From Microthyrium microscopicum (lineage: Eukaryota), in contig MU004231.1 in NCBI GenBank assembly GCA_010405405.1, positions 918,153 to 982,152 on the forward strand: DNA of 64,000 nt. Reading direction: 5' to 3'. Below, one piece after another: positions 57,447 through 64,000 of this stretch. Position 1 is the first letter of the stretch. Each line of letters starts with the position of its first letter. The notes beneath the pieces are model-generated. The model ran no database searches and was not told where the DNA came from. It saw only the letters and a program-made list of their open reading frames with translations. Position numbers and translations under genes: made by a program.

Positions 57447-59935
57447 ATGAGAGGTCAATTGCTGCGGCCTTCACTGGCCAGCAGTCCATGCTACCGAGTA
57501 AGTTTGCTCAATGGGTACCAATCTCTTTATTGACGTGATTCAAGGCCGCGTTGCTTCGAAGCTGTCGACGAAATTTCGCAACCACCCAAGATGCTCCCAA
57601 TGTAGCCTCTCGAACACCCCCTTATACGAAGCTCCTCAAAAACCTCGCCACAGTCCGCTCCGTCCTTGCTCCTACCCGCGCCCTTACTCTGGCTGAGAAG
57701 ATCCTCTACTCCCATCTTGACTCGCCCGCCGAATCCCTCCTTACAAACACCGACAATGGCAAGTCCATTCGTGGTGCCGCAAATCTTAAGCTCAAGCCTG
57801 ATCGGGTGGCCATGCAGGACGCGTCTGCTCAAATGGCCATTCTTCAGTTCATGTCTTGTGGACTGCCCTCTACAGCTGTGCCAGCGAGCATTCACTGCGA
57901 TCACATGATTGTAGGCGAAAAGGGCGCGGATGTGGATCTACCAGCCAGTATTGCGGGTAATAAAGAGGTATTTGACTTTTTGGAGAGTGCTTCGCGGCGC
58001 TATGGTATCGAGTTTTGGCCGCCTGGTGCGGGCATCATTCATCAGAGCGTACTGGAGAATTACTCAGCGCCTGGATTAATGATGTTGGGCACGGATAGTC
58101 ATACGCCGAATGCTGGTGGATTGGGCGCTATTGCGATTGGTGTGGGTGGTGCAGATGCTGTGGACGCGTTGGTTGATGCACCGTGGGAGTTGAAAGCACC
58201 TAAGATTTTGGGAGTGGAGCTGGTGGGTGAGCTGTCAGGCTGGGCCTCACCGAAGGATGTTATTCTGGCTCTGGCTGGCCAATTGACTGTAAGAGGAGGT
58301 ACCGGATTTCTTATTGAATACTTTGGATCGGGCGTGGATACGTTGAGTTGCACGGGTATGGCGACCATTTGCAACATGGGTGCTGAAGTGGGAGCAACGA
58401 CGTCGATATTCCCATTCTCATCTGGCCATATTCCATATTTACAGGCAACACATCGTGGCTCAATTGCAACGAAGGCAGCGGAGTTGTCTGGAATGCCGGA
58501 GAAGCAGAACCTACTCCGACCTGATTCAGGAGCAGAGTATGATCAAGTTGTTACGATTGATATGTCAACGCTGGAGCCTCACATTAATGGACCGTTTACC
58601 CCCGATTTCAGCACACCTATCTCCAGATTTTCGGAGGTTGTTAAGGAGAAGGAATGGCCCGAAACGTTTTCTTCGGCTTTAATTGGCAGCTGTACAAACA
58701 GTTCGTACGCTGACATGACAAGAGCTGAGGATCTCGTCAAACAAGCGTCGGCCGCAGGGTTAAAGCCAAAGGCGGACTTTTTCATTACACCTGGAAGTGA
58801 ACAGATCCGAGCTACTCTGGAACGAGACTCGACGCTGTCAACTTTTGAATCCGCCGGCGGCGTCGTGCTCGCAAATGCATGCGGACCATGCATCGGACAA
58901 TGGAAACGGACCGATGGAGTCGAAAAGGGTACATCTAATGCCATATTCACCAGCTACAACCGCAACTTTCCCGCCCGCAACGATGGCAATCGCGAAACCA
59001 TGAACTTCCTCGCTTCCCCCGAACTCGTCACCGCCCTTAGCTATGCTGGCTCCACAACGTTCAATCCACTCACCGACTCCATTTCCACCCCATCCGGCGA
59101 GTCCTTCAAATTCACTCCTCCCAAAGGCCAAGATCTACCCTCTGCCGGCTTTGCCACTGGCAATCCAGACTTTCTACCCTCAGCTCCCACACCCACACCC
59201 TCCGTAGAAGTGAAAGTCAGCCCCACTAGCGACCGTCTCGCCCTCCTCGACCCTTTCGCACCCTTCCCCGAGTCTGATCTTTCCGGCCTCAAAGTGCTAT
59301 ACAAAGTCAAAGGCCAATGTACCACCGACACCATCAGTGCCGCCGGCCCATGGCTCAAATATAAAGGCCATCTCCCCAACATCAGCGAAAACACGCTCAT
59401 TGGCGCTGTCAATGCCGCCACTGGCGAAACTAACGTCGCTTATGACAATGATGGCTCATCCTCATCCATTCCCGCCTTAGCCAAGCGCTGGAAGGAAGCT
59501 GGACAAGACTGGCTCGTGGTCGCCGAGCATAACTACGGCGAAGGATCCGCGCGTGAACACGCTGCGCTACAACCGCGATATCTAGGTGGGCGGGTGATAT
59601 TGGCAAAGAGTTTTGCAAGAATCCACGAGACGAATTTGAAGAAGCAGGGTGTTGTGCCACTGACCTTTGTTAACGAGGCGGACTATGATAAGATGTTGGC
59701 ATGTGATGATGTCGATACACAAGGACTGTATGATACCCTACGAAATGGTGGAAAGGGCGAGGTGGAATTGGTTGTTAGACGTGACGGCAAGGAGATTGCG
59801 AGGGTCAAGACGAAGCATACGTTAAGTAAGGACCAGGCAGGCTTCGTGCTGGCTGGAAGTGCGTTGAATGTGTTGGCTCGCAAGGCGAGTGAGGACCGGG
59901 AGGCCGTTACAAGGCAGAATGAGTTGAGCGACTAG
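57447..59935 (+). CDS. ACO2: Mitochondrial aconitase-family protein, Aco2 (homocitrate dehydratase) type
   Basis: DRVAMQDASAQMA, IHCDH, GSCTNSS, CGPCIGQW, NYGEGSAREHAAL; presequence exon from ATG 57447, intron 57498-57544. Confidence 0.88.
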
Positions 59936-60290
59936 AGTGAACCTACTGGAGCGGATCTTTGCTGGCTTGTTTGTCATGGCTGTATATAGGACGGTAAGAA
60001 TAAAAGGAAATTTGTTCTATTTTATGCTTCGCTACTATGCTAGCACCGTTCTTTTGAGATTTGTAGAGTAGTGCCATTCATTCATCAGGGTATCCATCCA
60101 TCCATCTCGCTAGTTAATCTCAATCCTACAGCTCGTATCCATATCCACATAAGCTGTCTTCCCGTGCCGCGCTTTTTACGTTCCAATCACCATTTTTTAG
60201 CCCCAGATTTACTGTACATGTCTCTTCGTCCTCATCCTCATTCTTCATCATATGCCCCACGGTGTCTCCTAATCCCCTTGAACAATACGC

Positions 60291-60757
60291 TCAAGCTATC
60301 GTCGAAGCCCCACCACTCTCAATAGCCTCAATCTCCGCCGCCGTCCACTCCAGCTTCGCATACCGATTCGGCAGCTCACTACGATCAAAGTACGCGCCCT
60401 GCGGTGCCGCGATTGGTCCTAGTGATGCTCCGCTTTTGGAGGCAATGGTTCCTGAGCCGAGGGTTGTGTTTAGGGGGCCGTGTTGTTGGGCTGCTTGGCG
60501 GTAGGTTGCGAAGGTGTTGGGGAGGGTATTTGAGGGGGCGGCAGGGTGGGCTACGGGGGAGTGGTCGATTTCTGGAAGAAGTTTGTTAGCTGGGTGGTTG
60601 GGGAAGAGTTGGTGGTGTATGTACGGGAGTGAGTGGTGTATGGGGAGTGGGAGAGTTGGTGGTGAGGGAGGAACTTACTGGTTGGTGTGGTACGCTTGCC
60701 GAGAAAGCGGATGAGGGGTTGGCGCTGTTGCTGGAGGAGTTTGGCTGTGGGGAGCAT
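60291..60757 (-). CDS. KGD4: Mitochondrial KGD4/YMR31 (MRPS36-like) 2-oxoglutarate dehydrogenase adaptor
   Basis: PLIRFLGKR..AQQHGPL..FDRSELPNRY..EIEAIESGGA; intron 60678-60572. Confidence 0.88.
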
Positions 60758-61965
60758 TGTGAGGGTTGGGAGCTTGAAGACTCGATGTGTTTGTGGGATT
60801 GGGTTGCGGGTTGTCTTGTAGGTATTGATGTATTGCGGGTCGGATGAGTGGAAGGTTGCGGGATTGTTTCGTTGCTTGTTTTAGAAGAGATTGTTGGTTT
60901 TGGTGGTGATTGAAGAGGTGCTGAGGCTGTAAGAGGTGAAGATTGGTAGTGTGAGGAGTGAAGAGGAAATGTAGATGGATCAATAGTAATTCTTGGGGAG
61001 AAATGGGAGAAATGGGAGAGATATAAAAAGAGTTTATGGGAGCTTTTCAAAGAACAAGGATTGGTGGTTGGAGGTCAAGGAAGGTGTCGGGATGGTTCGG
61101 TGCAGGAAAAGTCCAAGCTTCTGCTAATTCAATGTCCGAAATCACATTTGCATCATGCAATTCTCATGCTGTCCTTCTCTCTCTCCTCATAATATATCAA
61201 ATGAGGCTTGTATTTGTCTCGGACTTGAACCTGTATTGCTGAGAGGCTTGCACACCGTCTATTCTCTGTTCAGCGCGTCAGATCCACCTTAGGCTGAGTA
61301 TTCCCCGAAGTGAATTCCACACGTCGAATATTCTCCCTGAGTCAACATTCACTTGTTTACTCAACCAAGGATTTAACAGTATCCCCACGAAACACTTTTT
61401 CAGCGAAGATCCAGAACATCTCCTGACCTGCAAACCCCAGGCCCGCAATTAACAACACATGAAAATCAAGCGCCAAACGTGAAGACGTGCATATCATTCC
61501 TCGCGCATCAACTCCATTTTCGCTGCTCAGCATTGGTCCCTGCGTCGTCTTTCTCCGACTTCTCCCGGTGCCGTCCGACGACTTCTTACCTCTCTTTCTG
61601 CAAACAAGCGACCAGGCTCCAGCACGCCAAAGAGCCCCAGATTCTGTCATTTTCCCCAGACTGCGCTACCAGGGTTCCATCCCACTAATATCTTCCCCTT
61701 CACGCTCGGCAACCTTTCTGTCTGCGGATCTCGGCGACCGCCCATATCACATCTCGTCTAGTGCCCTACCGAACAACCTTGGATTTCTAAGAGAGCGTCT
61801 GAGCAGTTGCCCATTTGGGCCACGTACCTATGCATACGTACTTGCCCGTTGAAAACCTCACTATATCTCCCAAGTGAAGAACCTAGGGTGTACAACACTT
61901 CAACCGAGGAGGTTTGAATTTACAGTTTGTCAGCTTCTCACGTTCAGATACACGCGATTTTTGTC

Positions 61966-62792
61966 ATGCATGAGCTCATTCTATACGGCCAAGTGCCGAC
62001 CAAACGCTATGAGCAAATCCTCAATATACTGGCTGGCATGACAGGCTCACAACCCCAGCGACGCATTGAGCGACACGTGATATACCGTCCTATACGCAAT
62101 CCTCCAAAGGAAGATAGCAAGAGTTTGAAAGATCAGAGTATTGCGACTAAGAGTCAGAAATTCGACCCGAAAGCAAAGGAGCTATATTACGTGAGACTGG
62201 TCAAAAATCTGAAACAAAGCGACTTTGGGACTTCCTCAGAGCCTCTTACGAATGATGACTGGCGATTGGTATTTTGGGATATAATGGATCCAGCTATCAA
62301 AGAGGTAATGATGCGGGCGGCGATGGAAACAGAGCTTGAGACAGATGATGTTGAAGCGTATATGACCAATCTGCAGTACAAGTGAGTATTCTTTCTCCAC
62401 AAAAGCAGCATAATACTAATTGTACTAGACAACACAACCACCTTATCTTCGATGGACAACAATATGTTTATGGCAACATTGTCTTGCATCTCCACACCTT
62501 GCGTCACTTTCTAGATCCCCAGCCTACTGAGCCAACTTCACCGCTTCCAAAACTCGGGGACATTCCACCAGTGGATCCAAATTCATACTTACTCCAAGCA
62601 ACTGTTCGAGTCACTGACGGAACCAATACTGATCAAGTGAAACAAGGCATAGCCGAATTGCAAGTGTTACAACAGAGACTGGAAAATATCATTGACCTCT
62701 ACGCTCCTGGACGGTTTGACATGCCTAGTAGAATTTGGCCGGCCATTGGACCAGCAAAGGCTCTTGAGAGAGCGGCGATGGCTTCCAAATAG
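61966..62792 (+). CDS. MED18: Mediator subunit 18
   Basis: MHELILYGQV..ILAGMTG..ERHVIYRP N-terminus, YLLQATVRVTDG; intron 62382-62428. Confidence 0.85.
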
Positions 62793-63182
62793 GATCCTCT
62801 TGTATACGCATTTAATTGCAAGCAACGCAATTTATTCACATTCACCACATTCCCACACTCAGCCAATTGTCCCAGAATTGGGTGCCTATTTCAAGCCATT
62901 GAAATCCAAAAGGAAGGGATGTTTAGTCTCGAAATACAATTGGTTCGATGGTCCCCAACAGGGAGAGTCCGTGCATGCGACGGGCTAAAAACGCGAGCAA
63001 TGCGAATTGGGAATGCGATGCAACCAATCACCACTGTCAGCCTTGTTTTCAGCCTCATATTCCCTGCTCTTGGCTGACCAGGCAGATACAATTGTCCCAA
63101 GAATCGCAACTACAAATACAAGTCCAGATCTGAAGCTTGAAGTTTAGATTCAGTACAACAGTTCAAACAGTCATCTTCAATC

Positions 63183-64000
63183 ATGCCTGTCAACAAAGTT
63201 CTCATTCTTGGTGGCGGTATTGCTGGTATTGCTTTGGCTATTGCTCTCACCAAATCCAATATACCAGTTGAAATATTCGAGATTCGCGATGAACGTGAGT
63301 AGCTCTTCTTTAATCCATCATATCCGGATTTTCTTCCTATTCAGTTTGTGTATTTCTTAACTTGTAACGACTGTGCTATTACAATCACAGACTTGTGACA
63401 ATACTGACAGTTGAAATAGCTTCAAACATTGGCGGCGCCGTCAATTTGACCCCCAATGCCATGCGCTATCTCGAATATCTCGGAGTATCCTCAAGTCTCA
63501 TGGACACCTGCGAATGTCCCGCCATTGAAATCTTCTCCCTCAGAACTGGCGCCAAACTCGCCGCTCTCTCCTTCGACGACGTCAACGCTTACAAATTCCG
63601 TGCCCGCCGTGTCATCCGCTCTGCACTAATCCACGCTTTGATACAAACACTTGGCGATCTCAACGTCTCGATCCAGTACAACAAGCGAGCCACATCCATT
63701 TCTGAAACCTCGGATTCCGTAACCCTTCAGTTCGCAGACGGTACATCCGCCACGGGCTCCCTACTTGTAGGCGCAGACGGCGTCCATTCCTTCGTCCGCT
63801 CACATATCGACCCCTCCCGTACCGTTACTTACACCGGCGTCGCCAGCGCCTACGCCTTCCTACCCGCATCTTCTATTTCCGCGCGCCTGCCCTTTGTTGC
63901 AACAGCACTATACTCTGGCCGCGCAGGCAGTGTACTCCTCAGCTACACCGATGCCGCACGCACCCAGCTCTATGCCGGCCTCGTAATGGAAGTTCCTGCA
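63183..64000 (+). CDS. FAD-dependent monooxygenase (class A), partial
   Basis: VLILGGGIAG Rossmann motif; LLVGADGVHSFVR DG motif; intron 63295-63419; runs off right edge. Confidence 0.88.

Noticed and set aside
57179..61852. Many short ORFs overlapping or between ACO2, KGD4 and MED18
   Set aside because: Antisense or UTR shadows and low-complexity sequence; no motifs
1..64000. tRNA, 5S rRNA or telomeric repeats
   Set aside because: None recognised by eye; tRNAscan-SE/Infernal would be needed to exclude them

Overview
Fungal genomic DNA from a filamentous ascomycete (Pezizomycotina-type short GT-AG introns with CTAAC/CTAAT branch points), with a sharp two-part structure. (1) ~54.4-64 kb is ordinary core genome: SOG2, ACO2-type mitochondrial aconitase, KGD4/YMR31, MED18/SRB5 and a partial FAD-dependent monooxygenase. 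(2) 1 to ~53.7 kb (open to the left) is an accessory island with no recognisable housekeeping gene. It holds orphan genes, many visible only after splicing or reading through stops: a spliced protein with two tandem PD-(D/E)XK-like nuclease motifs, a zinc-finger/JmjC protein, a degenerate Hsp70/actin-fold ATPase, two F-box-like proteins, three related single-TM helical proteins, and at least three diverged paralogue pairs shared between the left and right halves. Several island genes carry premature stops explicable by single C-to-T changes. A young Ty3/Gypsy chromovirus (24434-34204; identical 140-bp LTRs; GGGGA target duplication) splits one island gene, and its gag-pro and pol ORFs lie in one frame separated by a single TAG. 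Two Tc1/mariner-type MITEs and several tandem repeats are also present. The island resembles cargo of a large mobile element, but no mobilising enzyme (Starship captain recombinase, capsid, PolB, Rep-helicase) is visible in this window, so that is inference. All family calls are from motif recognition by eye; no database search was run.
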